This document shows, one piece after another, positions 38,448 through 52,704 of a DNA stretch of 64,000 nt. Origin of the DNA: Camelus ferus (lineage: Eukaryota); contig NC_045696.1 of NCBI RefSeq assembly GCF_009834535.1, forward strand, positions 17,300,001 to 17,364,000, in the 5' to 3' direction. The notes beneath the pieces are model-generated. The model saw only the letters and a program-made list of their open reading frames with translations, ran no database searches and had not been told where the DNA came from. Positions within the stretch are counted from its first letter, which is position 1; the number at the start of each line of letters is the position of its first letter. Both the position numbers and the translations under genes were made by a program.

Positions 38448-38870
38448 CAGGAATTCTTAATTGTTTTTCATCCATGTACCTCTTTCTTTGATTTGTAAAT
38501 TCATGAAAAATGCATTTTATAGAAAATCTACAGTTATGCAAATATTTACAACATAATATATTAATATATGTATTTCTTCATTAACATATTAAATAATGTT
38601 AAATAGTATTTCTAAAACCTACCATAATATCAAAGTGGTGGTCAATTTATTATTTCTGAGATATCTGCAATTGGCAATAACTTTATACAAAAATATGTTT
38701 TATATTTGTGAAAAGTAATAGTTAGTCATAATACATTTGTAATCTATTACCTACCTTTATTTAGGAAATGAGAAATTTCAATCAGAGAATAGTGACCATT
38801 TTTTTTTTTTTGTAGACAAATTTATGATCCCTCTGAATTCCATCCATGATCAATTAATGATACTCTAGTG
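38448..38870. mobile_element. MER119-like hAT-Charlie element
   Basis: TTCTTCATTAACATATTAAATAA, CTACCATAATATCAAAGTGGTG, GAGATATCTGCAA and CCCTCTGAATTCCATCCATG. Confidence 0.7.
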
Positions 38871-40079
38871 ATTGCTCTACTGACCACCTTTATGCTGTCT
38901 GGATGCCCTTTCTCACCTTATCACACTTCAGCAAGTCTTAACACTGAAGATTGTGCAAAGAAAGGCACACAGTCACTGCCTAAAAACACTGGAACATAAA
39001 GGGAGACAGAAGTCAGGAAACATAATGAAGGAACTAACTTTTCCAATGGCATGAGCTGAAGAGGACTTATATTTTCTGCAGTCTAAAAGTGGCAAGAATT
39101 ATTTTACTCATAATTAAGTCTTCTCTGAAACATTATTTTAAAATTCGCCTAAAAATGTCCTGATTTGCAAAGGCAGAAGAGTTTAGCTAATATTCCCTTT
39201 GTTATTAATTTTATTGTGAGAGATATAAAGATTTAAAAGCATTGATAGCGTGTACAATAGGTATTTTTCGTATTTGTCTAAAAATAAAATCTTGTTGGAA
39301 ATTTATAAAATTATGTTCATGTAAGAAAGAACATTGAAAGAGCAGATATAACTCAATCATGTATCTAATTTCTTGGAAACTTGTTCAATCAGTGCGCCAA
39401 GAAAAATATTGAATAAAATTGGTGTTTTCATGGTTTATGAACCAGCAAAATGGGGTGAATTAAGCACAAAATCCTAGGAACTACTTCTACTGAATACAGC
39501 AAGAATTCTTCAGTTGGTCAGTTGCCCTTATATTTATGGCCCATTGATTTAACTAGAGCTTACCAAAAATGACTTCATCATAAAGGAAAATGTTTGAAGG
39601 GCAAAAGACATTGATGTCAATGTGTCTTTATATGCTTATAAGACCATGGAGAGCAATATTTTTTAAGAGCTTTATAAAAATAAGAAAAAATGAATAGACA
39701 TGTGAAAAGTGGAAATTTAATTGCTCTTGACCTACTGAAGCAACTGAGATGTTCTTAATTTTTTAAATGTTGCTTTTTATTTTGTAGATTTTTTTTCTAA
39801 ATTAAATGTTAACATTCATAACAGTTAAGCTTTATCGTTTTATTTGCAAGTGAATTTTAAAACTCCCAAAAGTAATAGTGAGAAACAACTATAAGTATAA
39901 ACACATAATTTATTTAAAAAAAATTTTATTCAAAATTTGTTGTCTTCTATGCCAAAAAGCTAGCCTAGACATACAAGACAAGTAAGATATTGCTAAATAT
40001 TTTTTAATGAAATTGAGCTAAATAATTTTCAGGTTTTCACAAAATCTTACAAATGAACAGTTGATGAAAATTTTGCTTT

Positions 40080-40585
40080 GGGTTTTGCAAATTAGTCGCC
40101 AAAGAATTTGCCCAATAGCACCTCCCCTCTACTGTGGACGTGTTCTGTACCTAGTTTCCAGGGATAAAGCTTAATTTTTCCTTTTGTTGAATATGGACCA
40201 TCCTTGTGGCTGGCTTTGACCAACTGAATGAATTACAAGTAATAATTTGGGATTTTTGAGCTCAAGCATTTGAGAAAGTAGCAAGCTTCACTTCCTGCCT
40301 GGTGGAATCCAGTTGCCATGCTGTAAGAAGCCCACATATATATGTGGAAAAATCACTTGGAGAAGAATCGAGTGGATAGTGAGAAAGGTTCTAGACATGT
40401 GGTCTAAATAAAAACATTCCAGCTACCCCACTGACCCAGGCCTTCCAGCTACCCCATCTAAGACACTAGGCACATAAGAAAAGTCACAGTGAAAACTGTA
40501 GCCACGCAGCCATTATGAAAGGGAGAGGGGAGCTGTCACCACTGGACCCACAGAACCACAGGGCATAGTAAGAAAATGGTGGAAA
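40080..40585 (+). mobile_element. MaLR LTR (MLT1G/H-like)
   Basis: GCTTTGACCAA, GCAAGCTTCACTTCCTGCCT, GTTGCCATGCTGTAAGAAGCCCA and ACCCACAGAACC. Confidence 0.75.
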
Positions 40586-41494
40586 TCAATCCCCTTTCTT
40601 CAAAATGAACCTTTCAGCAAATAACTTATTAGTATCCACCAGCATACATTCTAATCCAGTAAGAGAGATGAGAAAGAATTTGAATAACTTCTGTTAATTC
40701 TCCCCCAAAGGTTGTCCAAAAATTACCAGTTTTAATAGATTAGCAAAAACACCTGGGAAATGTAGAGCACTGAACAGCAGTTGAAGAGTAAACTTGAAAG
40801 ATAGAAAGTTATTTTTGCTTAATTTTGTCTCAGCCATAAATAGACAGACTCAAATTTACTTAAGCCCAGAAGAATATATTTTTTCATAATTTAAGAAGTA
40901 AATCATCAATCATTTACAGGATTATATTTATACTATCAATATTATTTCCATTTTCCTAACTTATGTCTTGTGTGGAGACCACATTTGTTTCATTTCTAAT
41001 GTGTCATCATGTAAAAACTCCAGATAGAGCTATTGCTATCATGGTTAGATAAAACAGGCTTCATCTTTTTTATTTTCCTTGTAATTGTTTGTCTTTATTT
41101 GCCCATATATGCCATTCAAAATATTGCATTAGTTGCTTGCATATAAAGTATCAACATACATTACTTGACCCTGCTATCAACAGCAGAAGAAATTTACATA
41201 AGTTAAATGTGATAAGTAACATTTTATGACACCTTTCATAAGATGATATTATAATTGTGTTTCATCAATATAACTAACGGAGTGATATTTCTTCATTTGA
41301 ATCTGAATCTCAAATTTACTCTCTAGGAATTTTCATGAAGTAACACAATGATTGCTTGCACTTAATCAACATAGATGAAAAGGTTATTTTTATTAACTGC
41401 AGTCTGAATTTAAAATTTACTATTCTAGGAAGTTTATTGCAATGGACAATTACATATGTGAATTTCATGAAACTAATGGTACCAATCAGATTCA

Positions 41495-41620
41495 TAATCA
41501 TTCATTTATTTATTCATATACTTATAAATTGATTGAGTGCTTTCTGCTTTCAGACACTGATAGTTGCTAGGGATGCAAGAGTGAAAAATCACCCTTATGC
41601 AGTTCTTTGGAGCTTCACCC
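41495..41620 (-). mobile_element. L2 3'-end fragment
   Basis: ATTCATTTATTTATTCA...TTGATTGAGTGCTTTCTG...GCTAGGGATGCA. Confidence 0.65.
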
Positions 41621-43207
41621 ATATGCACATGGGTGAAGGAATTAATAGCTATGGCTCCTGGGATTATAGGCCTGATATACGGTAGATTCTCAGCACCATT
41701 AACTTTCCTGTCAACTATCAGCCACAAAACATAGCTGAGCATCTGAGAAGAAAACACTAATCTGTGGTCTAATGGTGATTGAAGAAGGTGATGCAGACAA
41801 TCATTTGGCTGAAAATTTTCATTGTGCTCTGATGACTTCAAGTGAAATTCAATATCAGTTATTCAGAATTATCCGATCTATAAATCCTAGAAAAATTATT
41901 TCAGATTAAAATTTTCATTGAACAAAATTACAATTGAGCAGATAGTATATTACACTAGACTCTTAACATTGTTGTCACAGAATGCACATTGCAATTTTTA
42001 AACTTGAGTTAAAAGACAAATCTAGCATTTAGTGACACATTACTCCATCTTGTATAATGACAAAATGTTACAAAAGCTTTGGCAACTTTAAGATTTTATT
42101 AGAAACAATAAATTTTAAATTAGTTTAGACCATAACATAAATAAATATTCCAATACATTTGGATACATGCAGGTTAATGCAATGGTAAATGGATAAAGTA
42201 GTCATAGATTTTCACTGTTTTTTAAGATGTTCTGTATTCTGATATAGTCTCCCGACCTTGGGAGAAGGCAATATGCTAAAGACATAAAATATGCAATTTC
42301 CTTCCTGCGTTTGAGAGAGTCCATACAGGTTTCTCTACACTAAGTGCAGTGAGAATATTTTTGAAAACACTGATGTCTTAAATTTATGAAACTCATTTTA
42401 AACTTTCATAATTGAGTAGATGACAGTAAAACTTATATGAAATCAATTTCTAAAAGTTGAATGTATAAAGAATCCTTGATAAAGATTTAAGTAGCGAAAC
42501 CATGAAACACTTGGGTAATAGCATCTTTAGATCCAGAACTGGGATCCAAAAGATTACCACACAGTACAAATATTATCACAAAATGACTTCTGAGTGTTTT
42601 ATATCTCTAAAGAAATAGTTATTTCAAGAATGAATATAAGAGTTTCCCCCAAGAAATAATATTGGAACATTTTTCAAATTTAACTTTTGAATTTAAGATG
42701 TGTATTTGTATTGAAAATGATTTGGAGTCAATGTCATACTTGTTGTTCCCTCCCAAAGTTCTCCATATTATTTCATTGTGAGGAAAAAAATCTCTTTACT
42801 GCTTCATTGTATATGGACAATCACTGTCCGGAAGATTTCTGTTACTGAAAAAGATCTAAAGTATTCAATTAAACTGAAGTTGATCCTGCTAAATTTTTGT
42901 TTCCTCGTTCTTGAAATTTTAGTCATTTTGCTTTCACATGCTTATGAGTCACTTCTCATTCCATTTTTCCTTCTTGGAGACTTACAATCGGGTTCAGTGC
43001 TTCCTCCTATATTCTAGATTTCGAAGTCACATCCTGACTTTGAGATGAAAGTAGTTCCTGTCCATAGGAAGTGTCATAGGACATGAATGAGAAGAGAAGG
43101 CAGTTCATTGTCCTTATCATACTGCATTAATATGCCATGGCCTTTATTCTATTGCATTAATATACCTTTGCCAATGCCTTTTTTTTTCTCTTCAGACACA
43201 ACATAAG

Positions 43208-43800
43208 TGAAAAGGAGCAAGATCTTGTGGGGACTTCCTGGGTACAAATCCTTTCTTTGTTCCCCATTTCTTATTTGTAGGAAATAGGCTTTGTTCAGCC
43301 TCATTGACATTCTCTGAGTTCCAAAGGGTAGATTCAAACAGTTGTTGATCGGAGAAGGGAAGGGATGCAGAAACAAAGGAGGAGAAGTCGAAAAACAGTA
43401 GTGCAGCTTCGGGGCAGGGTCCTGGTTCCTTCTCAATAAATACATATAACAACACCTTTGTGTTATTTTGTAGAAATTAAGACCCTCACCCAGGTGGAGG
43501 GTGGTAACTTAAGGCTGAGCACAAGATTCCTGAAACACTGCCCTGTTACTTTAGCACTAACTAATCAGAAGAAAATCTACATACAGTAGGAAATAGGAAA
43601 GTTTCTGACCCCATCCTGGAATAATTCTCCCTTTAAAAACGTTCATGGTCCGGCAGAATCTATGGAGTTTATTTTTGGACATGAGTCCAACGTCTCCCCC
43701 AGTTGTTGGCCTGAGTAAAGCAGCCTTTCTTTTCCAACCAACACTTGCTTCTCGAGTATTGGCTTTGAATAGTTAGCAGCTGAACTGAAGTTCAGTAACA
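43208..43800 (+). mobile_element. ERV1-type solo LTR (cetartiodactyl-type)
   Basis: TG...CA termini (TGAAAAGG / GTAACA), TATA-like CTTTAAAAA near 43631, AGTAAA poly(A)-like signal near 43714, and U5-like CTCGAGTATTGGCTTT. Confidence 0.85.
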
Positions 43801-46329
43801 CAGGTACTTACTGAAGACACGAAATGCTCTGCTACTCATTCTTATAAAGGACATTCATTAGTATCACCTTGAGGAACTGATACTTTTGCATGTTACAATA
43901 CTTTTTTTAGTAACAATGTTTTCTAATGTATTATTACTGGTAATAGAATTCTATTTCTTTTCCAGTAATTTTAAACTATCTTTTTAAAGGAGTTGTCTCA
44001 GAAACTAAAAGTGCAATTGATTAGAGACATACAAAAAATTAAATATCTTATAATGGAGAGAAGCAATATAGTATTTGCAAAGTACTTTTTTGTTAAAAAG
44101 GGCAAATTTTTGCATTACTTCTATCATCTGCCAACTCCCTCAAATTATTTCAAACTAATGAATTAGCAATCACAGAGAGCAAGAAGATGGTCTTTAATGA
44201 CTGAAAAACACTTGACCTTGAATATGTCAAACTTCTCATCTAGCAGTTCAAATATGAGAGGATTAGCCACATCAAGTCTAAAGAGGAAAGGAAATAGAGC
44301 AGAATGTTTTATCTACAGGCAAACACTTCTATTAAAACAATTCTTATTCATAAACAATTGAACAAACACTATTACTAACCTGCTTCCCAAAAATCAATCA
44401 GAAGGCTTAACCTTAGCTCTTCTTGCCTGTCAGTTTATGTAGGAATTAGGTGAGGACTAGAATAATAACTTAATATTTTTTTTTTTACACTTTAATATCT
44501 TGAATGGAAAAGCTCTATTGAGGAAAGCCCAGGTTTAATCCAGACAAAATAATAAGAAAATGCTTGGCCCATAGCCCTTTCATCTTGTTTGTTTGGTTTG
44601 GTTTCCTGTATGTAAAGTTTACATAAAGAGTTCAGTGCAATGAAGTTCTATATTGAAAAACAATAAAATAACATTTTTAATTAAGGAAAGCAATATTAAT
44701 CAACAATATAACTAGCATTGAAAGATGGATGGAAATGTTTTTACAATAATCCATATGCAAAAAGGATGATTTTTAAAGTCATTTTTATATATTATTACAT
44801 AAGTTGACCTTCATTTCTCTGATATTACAACAGAAAAAAGTTCCTCTTTCAAATAGATTTTTGTTTGCTTTTAACAAACAGAACTCACAGGGATTCAGCT
44901 TTAAAGTGGATTATACTTATTTAATTCCATTACTTCTATAATTTGGGTTTCTTGATTAGCCAGCCCCATTTTAAGCCAACCATAACATGACTCTGTTCAA
45001 ATTATCTCTGATGTGAAAGTAATTTCAAATACAGTTGCTTTTTATAAAGTTTTCTCTTTTTTTAAATAGAAGTTTCTGATAATGCATTAATCATTTTCCC
45101 AATATGTGCCACTGTATTTGGGTCTTTGGGAATTAAAACTGCAAATTAGATTCCCAAACTTTTTTTTTAACTGATCTCAAAATGTATTAAGATATCTTTA
45201 AAAAATATTGAAATAATAAGAATGTGATGATTTTTTCCAAGTCCTAAATTCTGCTTATTCAACTTTCCATTAATAATTACTTTCATAGCCAAAGTAATTT
45301 TACATGCAGTCCACCATCAGTTTTCTCTAAGGATCCTCTCTATTCCCTCTAATTTTTCCAGTGTTAATATTCTGTAAAGTGTTTGACTATTTCATACAGA
45401 CACTAACCTTTTAATTGACTATCATCAGCGACTGAACTTCATATCCATTCTTCATATCCATGCTGTGAGTACTAACCAGCATCAATAATGGCTTGTTATC
45501 TCTTCTTCCAACATAACAGATGTGTCCCTAGATTTCTTAGAATAGCCAGAAGTCCATTATTAATTACCCATTTATAAGCTTTTTAAAAATCTTTTCTCAT
45601 CTAATTGTTAGTACGAAAGCTAGTCTATTTGTCTGTGTCTATCTGCCATCTATTTATCAATTGAGAAAGGCAGAGAGAGAAAGGGAAGGAAGGGAGGAAT
45701 AATTCAGCACATAAATACATACATACATATAAAATAGATCCCAAATTTTTGTTTATTAAGGAAAGACATGAATAGTCAATTATTTAAATATATTAATAGT
45801 TTTGCTTTAAAATGAAATCTAAGCTACTATTTACAATTTAACTTGTAATGGTTGATTTGTAATTATATTTATAACTATATTTTTCTCCTTCCTCTCCATT
45901 ATATCCATATGTCTTGAATTTCAGAAAGCCTGATATAAATCTTTCCACAGTTTCTTTCATGAGCGTGAACACCTTAACCTCTGAACCATAGACTCATCTT
46001 TTAATTAAGAATAATAATAATATTTTCAAAAGATCGTTCAACTCATTTAATGAGATCAAGACAGAGATTGTCATGATTTGTGATCAAGAAATGACAGTTT
46101 AACAGAAATTTCATTGTTAGCGTCATGCATTATACATAATAAACAAACTGATTTTACTGGTGCACTGGATTTTTATTTTAGATCTCTGCGTGTTAGAATA
46201 TCTTATTATTTCCTGTACTTTTTCTATGAAAATAGAGCAAAGCAAATTGAATTCCTAGTGATGCCAAGAATGTGCTATTTGGAGGGACATAAATGCTTTC
46301 TAACTTTTAAATGCAAAGTTTGATACATA

Positions 46330-46549
46330 TAGCTGCCAGAAGCAAACAATTATGTAAGACCTAAAGGAGCCTTCAAGTTGCCCAGCCAACTGTCCTCACC
46401 TAATCTCTCACCAATTCCTTTTCTCCCACTAGGATTTCCCAGCATTTACCTTATGTGTCCTAGAATGTTCCAATCTGATTCCTGCCTTCTAGTGTGTGCC
46501 TTTATGTTCATATCTGGAATGCTGTTGTATCATCTTTCTTTGTATAAAT
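46330..46549 (+). mobile_element. L2 fragment
   Basis: AAGGAGCCTTCA...CCTGCCTTCTAGTGTGTGCC...TCTGGAATGCT. Confidence 0.5.
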
Positions 46550-46625
46550 CTGTGTTATCCAATTTGATAGTAGCTAGCCACATGTGCCTATTTAAATTTA
46601 AATTCAAATAAGTTAACATTTATTA
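46550..46625. mobile_element. MER3/MER33-like hAT fragment
   Basis: TGTTATCCAATTTGATAGTAGCTAGCCACATGTGCCTATTTAAATTTAAATT. Confidence 0.7.
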
Positions 46626-46719
46626 ATTCAAGTTAATTAATTAATTAGCATATCCCTCTACTAGAAGACAGGCTTCAGAATGAAGGTATCCTTGTCTAAC
46701 TTGTTTGCTGCAGTGTATC

Positions 46720-46919
46720 CAGTGATATGCGAGGAAATATTGGAAAGCCAGCTCTCTGGAGGAAGAAAAAAAGCCCAGAATTGCGAATGTCATGGTGTAC
46801 ATATTACCACCATTGCCAATGGAAATTTGCACATTTGAAAGCTTTGAAGCTGGAATTGAAAAGAGATGCACACGTTTGGCTGCCATCAGCCAGGATAAGC
46901 GAGCTCTAGCATGCTACTT
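46720..46919. mobile_element. MER63A-like hAT-Blackjack MITE
   Basis: CAGTGATATGC...CCAGCTCTCTGG...AAAAAAAGCCC, ATGGTGTACATATTACCACCAT, AAGAGATGCACAC and GCTCTAGCATGCTACT. Confidence 0.7.
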
Positions 46920-48639
46920 CATGGGTCCAGTGACAGGGAGGAGCTAGACACAATAAGGGCTCGATATTGTTCTTAAAAATGGAGAAAAAATAAATATGTT
47001 TTAAAAGTCTTAATTCATTCTTAATCTTACTTGAACAATTTTTGAATAAAAAATTGTAAAAAAACATGTTGATTTTGCATGTTGGCTAGTTTTACATCAT
47101 GTTTAAATTTCAGTCTCTTTTTAATTAGTGTATAAGAATTTCTCCATATGGTGTTTATTAGCCTCCTTGGATCTGGAACGAACTAACCACTTTCAAAGAT
47201 AAGATTCGTCCTATTACAAACGTATTTTAAAAAATAAAAAAATAGTCACTTTGATTTTCACAACTAATCTAATATTTTCAACTCAAGGAAGAAAACACAA
47301 TTTGAGAAGGGATTTTGTTGACCCTCTCTAGTTAGTTTTCAGATGAAAAGAAAATGTTCACAATTATATGAATTAGAAGTTTCCATCATTAACAATATTT
47401 TTTATTATATAACTTCATTTAATTAGAATTGGAATTCCAAATCAATTCTAAGTAAGAACTACTGAAATCTTCATTGTGTAAAAATAGATTAATAGAAATT
47501 TGTTTCGTTTGCTTTGTTTCCACCTTTGTCTTAAAATATACTATTATATCAGTTCCTCTTTTTTTTATGAAGCCGGTCCATATTTCTGTTTAAATATTTA
47601 AACCATATCTAAATACAATAATTAAAATCAGTAATGATGATTGATATGTCCTCTATAACACCAGCTCAGAGATGGGGGAAATTAAAGCATAGACAAGCAG
47701 TAAATGCCATGTGGTCATTTTATTCTGTGATATCTTTCACATGTGTATAGAAGATATTTTACAGTATAGAACAATAAATGATTAAACATTCAGTTTTGTC
47801 TAGTCACTGATTTTGAATATAAAGTGGATAAGCATTATATAAAAATACTTTTCTTTTATATGCAGTACCTAAAAGAAAATATACATTTGTCTTTCTTTCA
47901 ACATTGTTTATATATTTAAAGTTATTAAAAAACCAAGTAATAGAAATGTGTTAATGAAAAAGTCAGAAGAACTTTCTTAAATGATAAGAAACATAATGAA
48001 ATTACAGTAATGAGAAAACCATTATTATCTTCTTGGTACATGATTTTAATTATACTTAAGTTTAAAAGACACATTTTTAATATTTTTATGTATTGAAAAA
48101 AAGTGCTCTTTTTTTTGTAAAATAATTCCTTATAAAATAAATCTAAATTAAGGGTAAAATGGAAATACTTATTATTACAATACTGCTTGCTAATTATATT
48201 TGCTAATTACAATTAAGAATACAGATTAATGGTATCGTTTACCTTTTTTTGATGTTTGAGATTCTTAGGTGTTTCCAATTTCCTTATGGCTGAGCTAGAA
48301 ATCCCAAGATTTTGATTTTTAGTTAGCTTGTTTTTTTCATAGAGACTTACAGATTATAGTTTGAAAAATTAAGCAAATAACAGAGCATTAAAATTTGTTG
48401 GGCATTTTATCAAATACCATCATTTTTGATAGAGAACACCATTTTACCATCCACAAAACTTACATAAGGCTTCTTGACTCAGTGTAAGTGTACTTTTTTG
48501 TAATTGGTGCCGTTGATGATTGATTTACCCCATAACTCCTAGACAACCCCCTCCCCATAGCAGTTACATCAGGCTTCATTGTGTGGGAGTCTGCATTAGT
48601 GATATAACTAAGAACATGGCCCATGGAGCTCCTTAGCCG

Positions 48640-48815
48640 AGGCACACTGGTTGTGTAGCTTGGGAAAATTACTTCAAGTCTTTGTGCTTTAGTTTTCCTG
48701 AATGTGAAATAGAGATGGTAACAGTATCTAGTTCACATAACAGAAAAGATGAATTTATCCACTTAGGAGACAGCATATTGTAAGCATCAATAAATGTTTG
48801 CTATCATAATTTATT
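48640..48815 (+). mobile_element. MIR
   Basis: GTGTAGCTTGGGAAAATTACTT...TTTAGTTTTCCTGAATGTGAAATAGAGATGGTAACAGTA and CAATAAATGTT. Confidence 0.8.
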
Positions 48816-49483
48816 GTGTGTATATTGACTTGTATTTTTGTGCACAATACAAGTTCAAGAAAAGGGCTACATATTAGGCCCCAAAGTTTCCAGAAATCTT
48901 CAGAGTCTTGTGCAGAAAGAGGAAGTTTCAGAGGAGTTTTAAAGCTGCAATATAAACATTAGCAAATGAACTGTTTATCATTAAGTAATTTGATCTCTGA
49001 TCATTAAACTAGATGATTTTGTGATTATTTTTATTCACTCTAAAGGTTAGTTTTAGATTCCTATAGCTAGTGAAAAAAAGTAACATATTTTGAAAACTGT
49101 TTTTTTTCCAGAACAAAATTATCTATAAGGAAATAAAACACACGTTACGGTTTCATTGTTGTTTCCTTGGTTTGTTGTGCTTTTATGTTTTTTTAAGAAA
49201 CTCTCTTCCAAGCCAGTCTGGTAACAGGTATGAATAAAAGAATAATACTTACGATTATAAGCCAAATCTTAATATCTGGTCTTTCATGATGTGAAAAATG
49301 TATTATCAAATTATTAATCTGGAAAAATACGGCATGTCTTCACAATACACATTTCACAGAATAGGGAGGGCCATTTCCTCCTGCTACTGAAATCTGGTGA
49401 CAGTACGAAGAGAAATAGGGAATAAACAAGAAAAAGAAAATAATAAACATTTCACTCCTTTCCCTGCTCCTTTACACTCTGAT

Positions 49484-49695
49484 CCAGCGGACGAAAAACC
49501 ACTGCCTGCAGGCCAAATTTGCCCCACCACCTTCGTGATAAAGTTTTATGGGAACATAGCTATTTCCACTTGTTTATATATTGACTATGACCAATTTCAT
49601 ACTACATCAAAGTAATCATGACAGAGACCAACTCTATGGTCTGCAAAGCAGGTATTATTTACTTCTCTTGACAAAAAATATATTTCACCTTCTGC
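49484..49695. mobile_element. MER58A-like hAT-Charlie MITE
   Basis: GCCTGCAGGCCAAAT, ATAAAGTTTTATGGGAACATAGC and GACAGAGACC...TATGGTCTGCAAAGC. Confidence 0.85.
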
Positions 49696-50632
49696 TGTAT
49701 GTTATCTGATAGGATAGACTAGACAATTTTAAGGTAACAATGTGAAAATCTCAGTGGCTTAAAGGAAAATTACATTTACTTTCACTCCACATGTTCGTGA
49801 TAAGAGGGTGCACAGGATGTGATAGTGGAGAGGGCTCTGCTTTGTATTATTCTCATTAAAAACCCCAGGCTGATGCTTTTTCAACCCTGAAGGGTAATTG
49901 CCTTTACAGAGGGAAGGCAGTGTGGGGAAATTTATAATTATTCTTTGATGCTTAAGCATATAGATAAAGCAGGTCAATGCCGATAGTGCCAGGCTCCAAC
50001 ATGGCCCCATAAAACCCCTGTCTTCTAGCATCCATACCCTGTATATCGCCCCTGCCCAAAGGGGTCAGCACCACTTTGCCGGGTAACCAACAGAAAAGAC
50101 TTTGATGATAGTGGGTCACGTCCAGAGATTAAGTCATAAAGAGTCCCTGCAGCTCCCGTCTGGGTCAGGCTCATTCCCTCCGATCCCTTGCTCTCAGAGA
50201 TTTTGCTGCAATGTCAGGAGAGTCCCATAAGGTAAAGAAATGGGGCCTCCTCCAAAGAGCCAGTGAAGGAGTGAGATCTGCTGACAGCCATCTGAGGCAT
50301 TTCTGGACATACATCCTCCAGCCCAGACAATTTTCAGATGATTCAGGAATTGACTGCAATGTCATGAGAGGCCCTGAGCCAGAATATTGGCTACTCTTGG
50401 CTTCTTGATCCTCAATAACAATGTGAGAGACTAAATGTTTGCTGTTTTAAATATCTAAGTTTTAGAAAAATGTGTTAAGTAGCAGTAGATAACTAGTGCA
50501 CTTCCATTCACATTCTGTTGGCCAAAGCAAGCCGTATGATCATGACATGCTAAGGAACTGGGAAATTGCAGTCCTCCCATATGTCTGGAAGGAGGAGGGC
50601 CAGGGTATTAAAACTTGCACTAATAACTATCA
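49696..50632 (-). mobile_element. Old MaLR LTR (MLT1J-like), split by a younger MLT1
   Basis: AAAATCTCAGTGGCTTAAA at the left. CACATTCTGTTGGCCAAAGCAAG...TGGGAAATTGCAGTCCT after 50500. Confidence 0.7.
49986..50500 (+). mobile_element. MaLR solo LTR (MLT1F-like) nested in opposite orientation
   Basis: ATGGCCCC, CCTCCAGCCCAGACAATTTTCAGATGA and the terminal TAAATGTTTGCTGTTTTAA...GCAGTAGATAACTAGTGCA. Confidence 0.82.
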
Positions 50633-51089
50633 GTCTCTAAGTCTTTTACTTTTTGAGTAGGATATAAATAAAAATTGGTAAATGTTTTTACTTTTTATGC
50701 TTTTAGAGTTTTTTCTAACATAGGAAATAGAGGTCTTGGGCAGTGAAAAAGTAATCAAATCTTGAGAATATAATGTGTGTAAATAATTATGTATTTGTCT
50801 GTGGGGTTGGATTTATCATTTTCATCAAAATGTAATTTATTTCATGCCTGCTTTTATTAGAATCTATTTTAGATATTGAAATTAAAGTAGTCTACCAAAC
50901 CAAAATTCTACCATTAATTACAAATTTCTTAAAAATTTTAACAACATAGCTATCTCTTAAAAATGTATGTGTATGTGATGAGCATGTGTATAGGATTTTA
51001 GGTATGATTTCTCTAAAATATACTAACCTTGGAAGATTCAATTATCCTCCTCCGTCCCTCTATCCCTGGCTAAATTCAGCACAGCCCTA

Positions 51090-51560
51090 CACCTGAAAAT
51101 GAGCCTCGTGGGTCCAGATAGAGTGAGAATCAGAGCAGTCAAATTACCTTTGAAGACATCTGTCACTGTGTGTCATTCTCTGCTCAAAGTGACCCCAGGC
51201 CATCCTATTTCATCAGAGTAAAAGCCACAGTCCATAAAATGGTTTATATGGCCGTATAGGACCGGCCGCCTACACATCTCTCTGACCTTATCTCAGTCTT
51301 TCCTTCCCCTTTAGGGCTTCCCTGACAAAGGGTCAGGAGCAACTTCCCCAAGGATTGAACTCCTTTCTCTGCTTTTGCTTATTTTATCATTCTCCATGAA
51401 ACTCATCAGCAACGGAGATATCATGTATTTGTTTATTTATTATAATTATTATTACTTGCTGTCCCAGCCCACTAAAATGTAAAATCCCTGAAGTCCAGGA
51501 CTTTGTCTTTCAAGATCATTCCTTTATCCTTAATGCATGGGAACATCAGAGACATTGAAA
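51090..51560 (+). mobile_element. L2 3' region
   Basis: TGTCATTCTCTGCTCAAA, CAGAGTAAAAGCCA and CCACTAAAATGTAAAATCCCTGAAGTCCAGGACTTTGTC. Confidence 0.8.
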
Positions 51561-52704
51561 TATACATATACATTATATATATATACACATATATGTATAC
51601 ACACACACATATATATAAAATGTATCATTAAATATAATTTTCCATTCTACATTGTTTGAAACATAATAAAATATAAGATAATTTGAGGGTTTGTACAACT
51701 ACTTCCTCTCCAGCCTCATCTTTTGCCACTGCCTCATTCACTCTCTACACTTCAACCTTATTTATCATTTCCTTCGTTTTTGGAAGACCCAAGTGTCCTT
51801 TACTTTCTCAACTCTTTTATAAGATGATATTTTCCCCTCTACTTGGAGTGTTTTTCTACAATCCAATCAAACAAACTCCCAACTGGATCTTCAGATTTTA
51901 GTATCAATCAATTTAACTCTCTTTTAAATCCCTAATCCTAATTTGGAATTATACACACACATGAATACACACACACACTTATGTTGACATAATGTATTTC
52001 ATTATTGAATTATTTTCTTTATTTTGAGGAGGGAATTGGTGCCTACGCAATCAGTTTCAGAAACATAACACCTAAAAGAGTGTCACAGACTTTTTGCTTC
52101 ATAAATTCTTTAAGAAAAAAAAAAACAAATTAACAAAAAACAATTAGTAAAAATCGAGACAGCAATCTAATTAATTATAATTAAACATTATAATCACATT
52201 CGAAACAAAATTTCCTGTGTTCAAAGTCAAAACCATTTCTCAACTATTTAAAACATTTTATTAAGCTGCCTCTTGCTTACTTAGAAGAGTGGGATTTCTT
52301 GCCACATCTTCGTTCCATCATGGCCTGAGGACAGCAAGCAATTAAGACTGTAACCCAATTTTTTTTAGTTGGATGAAAGGCAGGCAAATCTCACAAGAGC
52401 ACTTTGGAAAGAGAGAAGGGCTCTAAAATGAGCATTGTAAAAATTAAAAAAAAGAATTTTATTTTGAGAAGTCTCAGTACATCCTTGAATTGGCTGCACT
52501 CCCAAGTGTTCTCTGCAAAACAAACCTTGTAGATGTTCTCTTTAGCAACTTAGTCATATACTGTGAAGTGCATTCCATATTAAAATCATATTTTATGATT
52601 TTATTTTCTGTCATGAAAATACTATCTATTGTATTTCTAATGTTTCAAATAACTTTTTACAGTTATTTTTCTTAGATTCTCAAAGGAGACTTGTATTTTA
52701 AAAG

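Noticed and set aside
41506..41841. 111-aa minus-strand ORF
   Set aside because: It has a non-ATG start, no recognisable domain, and its C-terminal third runs through an L2 fragment.
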